Origin: Octopus sinensis
Taxonomy: Eukaryota
Assembly: GCF_006345805.1 (NCBI RefSeq)
Contig: NC_042997.1
Location: 184,388,001 to 184,452,000 of the forward strand
Reading direction: 5' to 3'
DNA: 64,000 nucleotides
How positions within the stretch are numbered: position 1 is the stretch's first letter; every line of letters starts with the position of its first letter. Shown one piece after another: positions 1-11,940 of this stretch. The position numbers and the translations under genes were made by a program. Under the pieces are notes generated by a model, which was not told the origin of the DNA, searched no databases, and saw only the letters and a list, made by a program, of their open reading frames with translations.

Positions 1-52
1 CAAAACGCATTTACATACATTTCGTACTGACAGGATATGTCTGTTATATTAT

Positions 53-73
53 ATAAGTATATATATATATATG

Positions 74-145
<72 letters not shown>

Positions 146-212
146 GTATGTATATATATATATATATATAAGTATATATATATATATATATGTCATATAT
201 ATATAGATATAA

Positions 213-262
<50 letters not shown>

Positions 263-265
263 ATA
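53..265. repeat. (TA)n microsatellite
   Basis: Near-pure TA dinucleotide run. Confidence 0.95.
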
Positions 266-829
266 TAATAGATAGGCTTGCATTTGTACTCACTATGTTA
301 TCAATCAAATGTATGCACGTATCCAAATATACATGCATTTTCTTTTTGTGCAATCATATGTCGAAATGAATATATGAATATTTATGTACGTACGTGCATG
401 CCGTCACGCTGTCACACAACATACACATACATGTATACATATACACACAAGCACATAGGCTGTCTCTCTCTCTCTCTCTCACACATACATACATGGCTAT
501 ATGTATGTATTTTATATATGAACACCGAAATATACGAAGACACACACACACACGCACACGCACACGAACACAAACGCATACATGTTTGCGCATAAACATA
601 CTGATCCGAAAAGCTCATCCACCCCAGCCATTTATTTTTCATGGGTAAGAGACTGACGTTCTTTAATATGCAATTTATACGCACGCCAGACAATGAGGTA
701 GGATATGATCTCATCAATGTTGAAATAAATGGTGCCAGGAGTTCTGGTCGAACGGCAAAGAATGCAAGAAATGTGGCCCGATCTATCATTATTAACTCAA
801 AATAATAAATAAGTACATGCGCGCATGCA

Positions 830-1900
830 TGTTGTTAGTATGTATGTATGTATGTATGTATGTATGTATGTATGTATGTATGTATGTATTGTATGAAGTA
901 TGTGTGTTAGTATGTATGTATGTATGTATGTATGTATGTATGTATGTATGTATGTGTTATGTATGTATGATATGTAGTATGTATGTTGTATGTATGTATG
1001 TATGTATGTATGTGTGTATATGTATGTATGTATGCATGTATGTATGTATGTATGTATGTATGTGTGTATGAATGTATGTGTGTTAGTATGTATGTATGAA
1101 TGTATGTGTGTTAGTATGTATGTATGTATGTATGTATGTATGTATGTGTGTATGTATGTATGTATGTATGTATGTAGTGTGTATGTATGTATGTATGTAT
1201 GTATGTATGTGTGTATGTATGTATGTATGTATGTATGTATGTATGTATGTATGTATGTGTGTTAGTATGTATGTATGTATGTATGTATGTATGTATGTAT
1301 GTATGTATGTGTGTGTGTATGTATGTATGTATGTATGTATGTATGTGTGTTAGTATGTATGTATGTATGTATGTATGTATGTATGTATGTATGTATGTAT
1401 GTATGTATGTATGTATGTATGTATGAATGTATGTGTGTTAGTATGTATGTATGTATGTATGTGTGTATGTATGTATGTGTGTGTGTATGTATGTATGTAT
1501 GTATGTAGTGTGCATGAATGTATGTATGTATGCATGTATGCATGAATGTATGCATGTATGCATGAATGTATGTATGCATGTATGTATCTATGTATGTATG
1601 TGTACATGAATGTATGTATGTACGTATGCATGTATGTGTGCATGAATGTATGTATGCGTGTATTTATATATGTGTGTGTATGTGTATATGTATGTATGTC
1701 TGTATGTATGTGTGTATGTATGCATATATGTATCTATGTATGTGTGTATGTATGTGTGTGCGTGTGTATGTATGTGTATATGTATTTATGTATGTTTGTG
1801 TCTGCATGTATGAGTGCATGTATGTATGCATGTATGTATAGATGTATACATACATACATGCATACATATATATATATGTATAGTATATATACATATACAT
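830..1900. repeat. (TATG)n tetranucleotide array with TGTGTTAG interruptions
   Basis: About 1 kb of TATG/TGTA; source of the MYVC/HTYI pseudo-ORFs. Confidence 0.95.
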
Positions 1901-2064
1901 ATATATATATATACAATAATCTATAATATATATTATATATATATATTATATATGTATGTGTATATGTATATGTATAGTGTAATATGTATATATATAGATA
2001 ATAATATATATATTTATGTAGATAAATTTTTGTGTATATATAAGTCATATTTCTGTAAACATGG

Positions 2065-2100
<36 letters not shown>

Positions 2101-2440
2101 TGTGTGTGTCTGTGTGTGTCTGTTTGTGTTTTGCGTATATACGTAAATGTGACTGCTTGCGTAATTATGACTGATATCTGACATGATATTTTATGGAAAA
2201 GGTTAGATATATATTTTTCTTTCTTTCCGAAACAATCTATTCATTATTTTTGTCCTTATCTTCTTACACAGAAACCTCCAACTTACTCTTTCTTACACAT
2301 TCATTCGTGCCCTTGTGCACAGACTAAAACACTCTACAGACATATACACATATACACTCATAAACATACACATATCTGCTCGTGAGCATATGAATTTCTC
2401 ACACATACAAACACGCACAGAGATTGGTATACATATATAC

Positions 2441-2852
2441 TCTTTTACTCTTTTACTTGTTTCAGTCATTTGACTGCGGCCATGCTGGAGCACCGCCTTT
2501 AGTCGAGCAAATCGACCCCAGGACTTATTCTTTGTAAGCCCAGTACTTATTTTAACGTTCTCTTTTGCCGAAGCGCTAAGTTACAGCGACGTAAACACAC
2601 CAGCATCGGTTGTCAAGCGATGTTGGGGGGACAAACACAGGTACAAAAACAGACACACACGCACATACATACATATATACATATACATATATACGACGGG
2701 CTTCTTTCAGTTTCCGTCTACCAAATCCACTCACAAGGCTTTGGTCGGCCCGAGGCTATAGTAGAAGACACTTGCCCAAGGTGCCACGCAGTAGGACTGA
2801 ACCCAGAGCCATGTGGTTGGTAAGCAAACTACCTACCACACAGCCACTCCTG
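2441..2852 (-). mobile_element. tRNA-derived CORE-type SINE (family A), full length
   Basis: Minus strand: A box TGGCTGTGTGG, B box GGTTCAGTCC, CORE-like GGCACCTTGGGCAAGTGTCTTCTACTATAGCC, internal TA/TG tract, tail GGCGGTGCTCCAGCATGGCCGCAGTCAAATGACTGAAACAAGTAAAAGAG. Many near-identical copies in the window. Confidence 0.9.
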
Positions 2853-2873
2853 TGTCTATATGTGTTCATTATT

Positions 2874-3287
2874 GGCGGCGAGCTGGCAGAAACGTTAGCG
2901 CGCTGGGCGAAATGCTTAGCGGTATTTCGTCTGTCGTTACGTTCTGAATTCAAATTCCGCCGAGGTCGACTTTGCCTTTCATCCTTTCTGGGTCGATAAA
3001 TAAAGTACCAGTTTCGCACTGGGGTCGATGTAATCGACTTAATCCGTGTGTCTGTCCTTGTGTGTCCCCTCTATGTTTAGCCCCTTGTGGGTAGTAAAGA
3101 AATGGGTATTTCGTCCGTCATTACGTTCTGAGTTCAAATTCCGCCGAGGTCGACTTTGCCTTTCATCCTTTCTGGGTCGATAAATAAAGTACCAGTTTCG
3201 CACTGGGGTCGAAGTAATCGACTTAATCCGTGTGTCTGTCCTTGTTTGTCCCCTCTATGTTTAGCCCCTTGTGGGCTGTAATGAAAT
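2874..3287 (+). mobile_element. Meta-domain-type SINE (family C) with tandem duplicated body
   Basis: Head GGCGGCGAGCTGGCAGAAACGTTAG, B box GTTCAAATTCC, central GAGGTCGACTTTGCCTTTCATCCTTTCTGGGTCGATAAATAAAGTACCAG. Body repeated with about 184 bp period (2921 and 3105). Confidence 0.85.
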
Positions 3288-3900
3288 ATATATATGTTCA
3301 TTATTGTTTAAGCAGAATGGAGAAACAGACCATCTAGAATTCTTAATATATAAACATTGTAATAGTAACTATCAAAATAATAGCGGGGTTATTCTGATTA
3401 ATCCACAGCATTGCTAGAACAGTCTCTCTTTCTATAAAATTGCCAGCTATATACTCGCCCCATACAGGCTTCATTATCTCGTCAGTATTTTTCGCAGTTA
3501 TCACTTTTTCAGGTCTCATACTAAATGATCAATGTGTCCGCGTTTTTTCCTGCAGGTAGTGATACGCACACATGTTCGAACTGAACAGCAGTTTTATTGA
3601 TCTCACCAATCTTCGAGGGGCTTGTAAAGACGTAGCCGACCAAGAGCAGTTACTTAGCCACTCGATTTGCTAGAAGTAGTAGCAACCAAATCAAATGCAA
3701 GTCAAATCTTACCGTTTAGAAAAAGGAAGGAAACATTTGATAACATAGTCTTTGACACTATGTGCGGGATAAAAAAAAGTGAGATTTCACGACAGAAACG
3801 CTTTTGATCAAAAGTTTATTCGATTAGAGTTGATATGGGGCAAAGTAACAGCAATAACAAGAAAAATACATTAGGAAACGATAGGTTTGAATGGATCTCT

Positions 3901-4290
3901 AAAACTTGACTCTAAAACCACATTAAATATCCATGTATATGTATACGTTCGTATATGTAAGTATTCGTATGTTATATATATATTTGTATTTATGTACTAT
4001 CTGTGTATATTCCACTGATGAGGCAAAGCATTTCTTATGCAGAGTCAGAAATCCGGGATCTGGAATTATCCGGTAATTATTTGCTAGTTTATTTTGTCTT
4101 TTTGTTTTCTCTCCTGCTGCTGTATAAATATTTAATGTGGTTTTAGAGTCAAGTTTTGGTTGCTATTTCCAGCGTGGTGGTACCTCTTAGATACCCTAAA
4201 TTAAAATTTTAATAATAATTATTACTCTTGAAGTTTTTTATTCCCATGCTGGCCACTTGATAAGATCGATATTTAAATAACAATCTTATC
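3901..4290 (+). mobile_element. Short HHR-bearing repeat (family E) with 30-bp inverted terminal piece
   Basis: 4020-4280 matches 51575-51838 in inverted orientation; 3901-3930 is the exact reverse complement of 4128-4157. Confidence 0.7.
4009..4066 (+). ncRNA. Candidate type I hammerhead ribozyme (AUC site)
   Basis: ATTCCA-CTGATGA-GGC aaa GCAT ttctt ATGC aga GTC a-GAAA-TCCGGGA-TC-TGGAAT: 6-bp stem I, intact core, 3-bp helix III, one extra A before GAAA. Confidence 0.7.
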
Positions 4291-6845
4291 CTTATATATA
4301 CTTAGCGACATATTTTTACCTCTAGAAGCAATTTCACTTAAGTTTAACGTGGAGAAAAAAATTCTCGTTTATGGTAATGTATAAATACACGGTTATCAAG
4401 TTAGTGACATTCACTCTTAGACTCCTCAATGCATTTCTGAATAGTTATGCTTTTCTCAGTAGGAGACACAAAAATGAAGTAACTTTGAGCTGATCAGAAT
4501 GCTTATAGCTTTATAACGAATCAGTCGATACTAGTGACTGCCGACCGCCTAGTCAGAACAAATACATTAGTAGTTGTGTAAAGCAATGATAGGAAACAAA
4601 CAAACTTTAAAGCACATTCAAATATGCTTGTGGCAGAGGGCGCCATTGAGCCGATAATAGTATAACTATAACCTAACCATAAACTGCAGTGAAATTGCCT
4701 TTAGAAGTGAAAATATGTCACAAAGGGTGTTTTTGTAAATATGAAATCTATTTGCATCAACTGAGGTGAGACCGATCTACAAGTGCAGTCGTATATTTTA
4801 TATTTGTAATAACTTAATAAATCACTATATCTATATGCTGGTAATAATAATAATAATAAGGTTAGTCAAATGAATAAAATTGAGAATACTTTCAAGCGGT
4901 AGCCGCAAATTTATGAAATGTAAAAACGTAAACATTCCACTTTATTTTACTTGACATTTTTTCATATTGTTTCATTTCAGTCCGTTTTCTTGAAAAATCT
5001 GAAAGTTTCTGTACCAGCATATGAACAAATTAAGGAGCAATTCCTTTATTTCTTCTGACTGTTATTATTATTATTATCTCTCTCTCTCTATCTCTCTTTT
5101 TTTTTCTTTCTCTCTCTCTTTCTCTCTCTTTCTTTCTCCCTCTCTCTCTCACTTTCTCAGTATATGTGTGTGTGTGTGTGTGCTTATACACGTATATGTC
5201 TATGTGTTTATATATGCTTATTTATCAATATAAGTGTATATTTTCGTGGTGTGTGTGTGTATATATATATTTATATATACATATATACATACATATATAT
5301 ATACATGTATGTATGTGCGTATATATATATATATATATATATGCATATGCACATATATATATATGCATGTATATTTGTATAATAGAACAAGACCGATCGA
5401 TCGCAGAACACAGGAAGTCCGTTTTCTATCGGAAGATATTCTATGAGTAAATAAAGACATTAATGTGCGATCGGGAGGGAGAGTGAGAGAGCGAGCGAGC
5501 GAGAGAGAGAGAGAGAGAGAGAGAAGAGAAAGAGATTGAGAGAGACGGGGATAGACGCATAATAGTAGTGGGAGAGAGAGAGATAGAGTCAAAGAAAGAG
5601 AGGTAGGGTGGGAGTTAGAAAGCGCGTGTGTGTGTGTGTGTGAGAGAGAGAGAGCGGGAGCGAAAGAAAGAGAGGAAGTGTGGGAGTTGGAAAATGTGCG
5701 AGAGAGAAAGGATGAGAGCATGAGGCAAAATGGGGAGTGATATTACCTTTGTAAATATGAATGCACATTATACCAATTGATATTTTTGGGGTTTCTCTTT
5801 TTAGTGACGTGGTTTCCGCTATCATTTTCCTTTAGTGCTAGCAAAGTTAGCGAAATACAGTTATTGTTCTCAGCATGAATGTAACTTTCAAATATTTATA
5901 TAGGAAGCACAAGAAAGACTAATGGTGCTGAGTATTCTTTCAATATCTCGAAACTCATCATAAATATTTTGTGTATAAAAGAATTTGTTTAGTATAATAA
6001 TTGTAGACATGCAACGAAGTGTTGGATATTAAATCCATCAAAAACGCCTTTAATGTTACAATGGTAGTCAATATTCTTGCATACGACACCAAAAGTAGAT
6101 CAATGTATTCACTGCTCGGCGTTTAATTCAGTTGAAGTCGTCATTTTGTAGAATTGCAAATATATATTTTTTATACCGGTTGAACTCGAAGTAGAAAAAC
6201 GCTATAAATAATAACGTACAAATATTGGGTTAAAAACCTCTTTGGATAGTAAATGTCGAGGGTTGCCTGTGGGACTAGAATCCATATCTTCTGTAAACAT
6301 GACAGGCGTTTTATCATTGTAGCAAAGCAATTCTTCGAACTTTTTTTTATCCAGTTTAGAAACGTTATTCTTAAAAGCGAGAATTGTATGCTGTTGATGT
6401 CATAAGAATTTAGACTCCCTGAAAGAACGTGAAATAATTAGTTTTTAATGGTTAAACTCGGAATAAAAAAGTTATAATTAATATCGTGTAAATATTGAGT
6501 TAAAAAGCCCTGAGTTCTTCCGTTTGTATGGTCTAATACAGCTAAGACAATGCTGGAGTATTGCTTTTAGAACAAGATTGCCAATTTTTTCTAACAAACT
6601 TGGTAAGTGTGGATTTATTTGGTAAGGTTGATAAACCTTTCATGCAAGGTGGTAAATTTTGATAATTTATCTGTTGCAAGGTCAAGAAAAGATTCACCGA
6701 TTTAATGTATGAAATTTCTGAAAATGGCATTATGATAATTTTGAAGTTATAATAAGGGCGAATTTTGTTTTGCTCAAATGTTTTGAAAAATCATTTAAGT
6801 CTCATTGGACAGGCACTGGAAAATTTCACCAATGATACTCTATTG

Positions 6846-6900
<55 letters not shown>

Positions 6901-7752
6901 CGAGAAGCTGCTGAAGAGTTCCTGGCTTTGGGTAAAAGAAAATACCGTTAATTATGATTTTATTCAACATATTCCCCTCTCAGATTCTCACACTTACTGC
7001 AATGTTCATTCAGGTTTTCTAAGCCCTGTAAAAGAACAAGAAAAGTTGAACCTTCATCCAGGACTTTCGCAACACCCTTAAAGCCAAGAACTTTTCAGCA
7101 TCCCGTCGTATGTGTTAATATAATTACATCAGAATAACTTATAAAAGAAACAAGCAATAAGGATAGTCTGTGTAAGAAAATGATCCTGTATAAATCTATT
7201 TACGCACCGAAATGTCAGCTGTCGCAAAAATGGGATAATGTTTTAAATTTTAGCTGAAGTTCGAAAAACTTAATTAAGAATGTTTAGAAATATGCAATTG
7301 TAACATATCTGAGAATGTTACCATATTTTAGTCACATACTAACAGGGAGAACCAAGTGCTTAGATGCCTAAAGTGACTAATTTCTTTAGGTGGTTTGCTT
7401 CTTTATATAGCATGTCTCATGCCGCTTCTACCGAATTAAAAATATACGCGTTGGTCGCAGAAAACAATTTTTCATTTCGATACAGAGTAACCTTCCAGAT
7501 TTTCTATCTAATGTATGTCCTGATTCTAAAATTGCTAAGGGAATTTGAAGTGCAAAGACATAGAATTTTGTCATTGTTATTGATAAGCATTACCTGAACA
7601 TTCATATAAAACAATTCAAAGAATATCAATTTTATTTAGCAATTCTTGATAAACGAATTCATGTATCAACAGAAAACCAACTTGATATAATAACTTCAAT
7701 TTATGGTAGCTATACTCAAAGATAACATTTTAAAAATCCTTTACTCGCTTTA

Positions 7753-7927
7753 GTCATTAGACTACAGCCATACTGGGGCACTGTCTTGAAGAGTTTTTAA
7801 TCGAATGAATCGACCCCAGTACTTTATTCTTTAATCCATCGCTTTTGCTGAACCGCTATGTTACGAGGACATAAACATACCAACACCGGTCGACAAGCGG
7901 TGAAAGGGTTCAAAAACAGACACAATT

Positions 7928-7970
<43 letters not shown>

Positions 7971-8162
7971 CACATATCCTACCGCACATAGATATATTTT
8001 TATACAACGAGCTTCTTTCAGTTTCCGTCTACTAAATCCACTCACAAGGCTTTGGTCGGACCGAAGCTATAGTAGAAGACGCTTGCCCAAGGTGCCACGC
8101 GGTGGGACTGAACCCGGAACCATGTGGTTAGTATGCAAGCTTCTTTTCCCAAAGCCATGTCT
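7753..8162 (-). mobile_element. CORE-type SINE (family A), diverged
   Basis: Same head, core and tail as 2441-2852, with internal (CA)n. Confidence 0.85.
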
Positions 8163-8956
8163 GACAAGTATTTAAAAAAACAACAAAGATTTGAATTTGA
8201 TTGCTGTCAACAATTCTATAACAGATTAAATTAAAAAAAAGAAAAAGCTTTGCTAATTTATTAAAAATAATCTAGGATCAAAAGTGGTGTTCAAAGTCTT
8301 CTGAATCAAAGACCAGCACTTGTCTTCTTTTACTTCAATAGCAATTGAAAAGAGATGACGTCAGCATTTACAATACTAAAAGGTTTATAGAATCCAGTAG
8401 TTAAAATGTAGTTTGCATTTCTAACATCTAGATTACCAAATATAAATAAAACGCATTAAGAACTTGAAGCGAAGAGCTTTGGAACTGACAGGTTTCATAT
8501 CTCCATCAATATAGTTATTCTTATTAAAAGTGAATTACTAAAAGATGTAGAAATAGCGAATGTTAATATCACTTCAAAAGCAAGAATGAAAGTACCAAAA
8601 AATCGCAAAATTTTTACTTGTGTTAGTATTTATAAATTTGATACTAAGAGCTTTAGCATTAAATTAGAAATAATTATGCGGTGACGCAATGACAAATAAT
8701 ATTTTAAGTAGTTAGGAACCTATAGAAGAGCGACATGACTGAGTGGCTAAGAAACTCGTATTGTAACCAGGTGATCCTGGTTTCAATCTTTTTACGAAAC
8801 GCCCTGGGAAAATATCTTGTATCATAGTCTCGGATTAAGCCGTCCACTATAAGCGGTGTTTGGCATAGAAATCGTGCGGTGTGCCGTAGTGCGCGTGCGT
8901 TTATATATACCTATGCACATGCATATATGCATGTGTATGTACATACATATATATGT

Positions 8957-9318
8957 GGAGGCGCAATGACCCAGTGGTTAGGGCAGCGGACTCACCGTCA
9001 TAGGATCGCAGTTCCGATTCCCAGACCGGGCGTTCTGAGTGTTTATTGAGCAAAAATACCTGATACTCCACGAGGCTCCGATAGGGGGATGTGGTGAACT
9101 CTGCTGTATTCTTTCATCACAATTCTCTCTCACTCTTTCTTCCTGTTTCTCTTGTACCTGTATTTTCAAAGGGCCAGTCTTGTCACACTCTATGTCACGC
9201 TGAATCTCCCCGAGAACTACGTTAAGGGTACACGTGTCTGTGGAGTGCTCAACCACTTGCACGTTAATTTCACGAGCAAGCTGTTCCGTTGATCAGATCA
9301 ACTGGAACCCTCATCGTC
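8957..9318 (+). mobile_element. tRNA-derived SINE (family B) with RTE-like tail
   Basis: GGAGGCGCAATGACCCAGTGGTTAGG (A box), GTTCCGATTCC (B box), 3' end CACGTTAATTTCACGAGCAAGCTGTTCCGTTGATCAGATCAACTGGAACCCTC. The RTE assignment of the tail is from recalled family resemblance. Confidence 0.8.
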
Positions 9319-9367
9319 ATGTCATCAAAATTGTTATAATGTCTTGTTGTTGAGATAGGCTCTCTTT

Positions 9368-9450
9368 CTTTCCTGCTGAGAAAATTGAATTTTACACTGT
9401 TTATTCCTTTGCAATAAAACCAATGTTGTCTTCGAAACATATGTCGAAAG
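9368..9450 (+). ncRNA. Candidate minimal hammerhead ribozyme, ATAT-loop family (GUC site; core variant CUGCUGA)
   Basis: CTTTC-CTGCTGA-GAA..long insert..TTC-GAAAC-ATAT-GTC-GAAAG: perfect 5-bp stem I, palindromic tetraloop on a 2-bp helix III. Confidence 0.65.
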
Positions 9451-10094
9451 TAGAAGAATTTGAATAGCATCTGCGTTCAACTCCATTTATTTACGCACAC
9501 GCACATAATTATGTAGATATACTACAGGTTTATATCGACGAAGGATGTAATCAATGGCGAAAAGCTAGTGTTCTTTGAACAAAGTTCATTGAGTTACAGA
9601 CGCAACCTTGTCACAGTGTCAGAATCTCAGTGAACAATTGATCAACTTTTAGCTAGTGCCTCTATTTTCCACGATTTTATATTTATTCCTTTTATACCGA
9701 AAGATAAAAGTCATCGGTCATGTTTCGGTTTTATTAGACCTCCTCAGTAAAGTATATACTTCATCCTGTGAATTAGCATATTTTAGAGAACAAATTATAA
9801 ATTAACTTAAATACGGTCTCTGATCCTCATGAAAAACAATTTTACTTGATCGTACATTTTTACAAAGCTCTATATTACCGAGAACACCGATTTTTAACAA
9901 ATATTTAAAACTATTTCTAAGATTGAAGACAGAGTGTTTCATAGAAGGGAAATATAGTTATTGGAGTCCAATACTTTACATGTAAGTAGTGCCTTTTCCT
10001 TATTTTTATGGCCAAGTTCATGAATGGCTTAAATCATCAGTGTTCTCCAAAAAGATTTGCTCATCAATATCGTCATCCGTTACTTTTCGTGTCC

Positions 10095-10290
10095 ATTCTT
10101 TCCTTCCTCCTCGTCCTCGTCCTCCTTGTCCTCCTCCTCCTTCTCGTCCTCCTCGACCTTGTCGTCCCCTCCTCTTTTTCCTCTGCGTCTTCATCTTCTT
10201 CCTACTCCTCAGCTTTTCCATCATCCTTCTTCGCTTCCTCATCTTCTTCCTTCTTCCTCGTCCTTCTCCTCTTCCTACTCCTCCCCATTG
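10095..10290. repeat. (CCT/CTT)n low-complexity tract
   Basis: Pyrimidine-rich trinucleotide mosaic. Confidence 0.9.
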
Positions 10291-10413
10291 TGTTAGCTGT
10301 CGTTCGCTGCAAAATTAACTCTAACACACATACACATGTACATACATACATACATACATACATACATGCATACATACACACGCACACACACGCATATATA
10401 TATATATATATAT

Positions 10414-10672
10414 AAATAAATGAAAGAATGGAGTTGAACGACGATTTAACAAAATTCCTTTATTCTCGACATATGTTTCGAAGACTGCATATTCCTAATT
10501 TCGAAGGAATAAGGGGTGCATTATGCCGCCTTCTCATTTTGTCTTTCCTGATGAGAAGGCGGCATAATGCACCCCTTATTCCTTCGAATTAGGAATATGC
10601 AGTCTTCGAACATATGTCGAGAATAAAGGAATTTTGTTAAATCGTCGTTCAACTCCATTCTTTCATTTATTT
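10414..10672. repeat. Fold-back palindrome (about 123-bp arms, 13-nt spacer)
   Basis: 10414-10537 is the reverse complement of 10551-10672 apart from two 1-nt indels. Confidence 0.95.
10544..10622 (+). ncRNA. Candidate minimal hammerhead ribozyme, ATAT-loop family (GUC site)
   Basis: TTTC-CTGATGA-GAAGGC..insert..GTCTTC-GAA(A)C-ATAT-GTC-GAGA. The right arm lacks one A of GAAAC, which the left arm retains. Confidence 0.7.
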
Positions 10673-10818
10673 GTATTAAAAAACACATAAATTTCCACAC
10701 GAAAGCACGTGATCTCTGCCCTTGGCATGTAGCTTCAACCGTGTTTTTCTGACGTGAATTTGCTACCCGGGTAGCGGTTAACCGAATTATCCATACTAGG
10801 ATAATTCATCATCAACTA

Positions 10819-10894
<76 letters not shown>

Positions 10895-11223
10895 GTATAT
10901 ATACACAAATAACGAAGTCGCAGTAGTCCTCAACATTTACGTGGTCGTCGTTGCCGTAGTCGTAATCATAAACGTGGTTGTGACCGTTGCTATTACGATC
11001 CTCAACATTTAAATTTCTACTTGTTTGACGTAGACGCCATATTGTCGCCTATAGTGTTGTTGTCGTCATCGTTGTAGCCGTCGTCCTTCTCAAGGTTGTA
11101 TACTTACAACTATGAAATGAAGTAATGAATTACACACATATTTCACTGCATCTTAGACAAATGACAACGCTATATATGTCACTCTCTCTCTTCTTCTTCT
11201 TCATCTTCTTCATCTTCTTCTTC

Positions 11224-11323
11224 NNNNNNNNNNNNNNNNNNNNNNNNNNNNNNNNNNNNNNNNNNNNNNNNNNNNNNNNNNNNNNNNNNNNNNNNNNNNN
11301 NNNNNNNNNNNNNNNNNNNNNNN
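11224..11323. other. Assembly gap (100 N)
   Basis: Run of N within a CTT/CCT tract. Confidence 1.
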
Positions 11324-11803
11324 CTTCCTTCTCCTCTCTCCTTCCCTTCTTTTTTCCTCTTCTTTTTCTTCTTCTTCTTCTTCTTCTACTTCTTCTTCTT
11401 CTCCTTCTCCTCTTCCCCCTCCTCCTCCTCCTCCTCTTCCTCCTCCTCCTCCTCTTCTTCCTCCTCATCCTCATCCTCCTCTGCGTGTATACCTGTGTAT
11501 ATATGTGCGTGTTTGGGAGAATCTATATGTGTCTATGTACGTTTATGTGTCCGCGTGTGTGTATGACTTATGCGCATGTGTATGTGTGACTGTGTCCATG
11601 GACATCATGACTTCTTTTAAACTAAAGTTCAGTAGATTCGACATCAAACAAACGTGACCAATATTCACAGCACTGGCTCAACCAATTCCATTTGATAACA
11701 ACAAACGGCGTAGCCAATCCCAGTTATTTCTTTTAATGGATTCTATGGCAGACGGAGGTCAGAGATTTCTATGTTCCGAGCCATATAATGAAATAGACAC
11801 AAA

Positions 11804-11834
<31 letters not shown>

Positions 11835-11900
11835 CCTTATAAACACACATGTATATGCACGTCACAGAAACACAAACTTCGACGTACACACACACACCGA

Positions 11901-11940
<40 letters not shown>

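Noticed and set aside
105-2146. Many ORFs (MYVC, HTYI, IYIY repeats) here and throughout the track
   Set aside because: They are translations of TA, TATG, CA, TCTA, AAT and CCT microsatellites, with no coding evidence.
6895-7110. (TA)n-abutting repeat with CTGAAGA and a short diverged inverted match (about 6905-6935 vs 7073-7105)
   Set aside because: It fits the general architecture, but no ribozyme register could be built and the arms are short.
8957-9035. SINE heads as genuine tRNA genes
   Set aside because: A and B boxes are present, but they run into SINE bodies and lack a complete cloverleaf and terminator.
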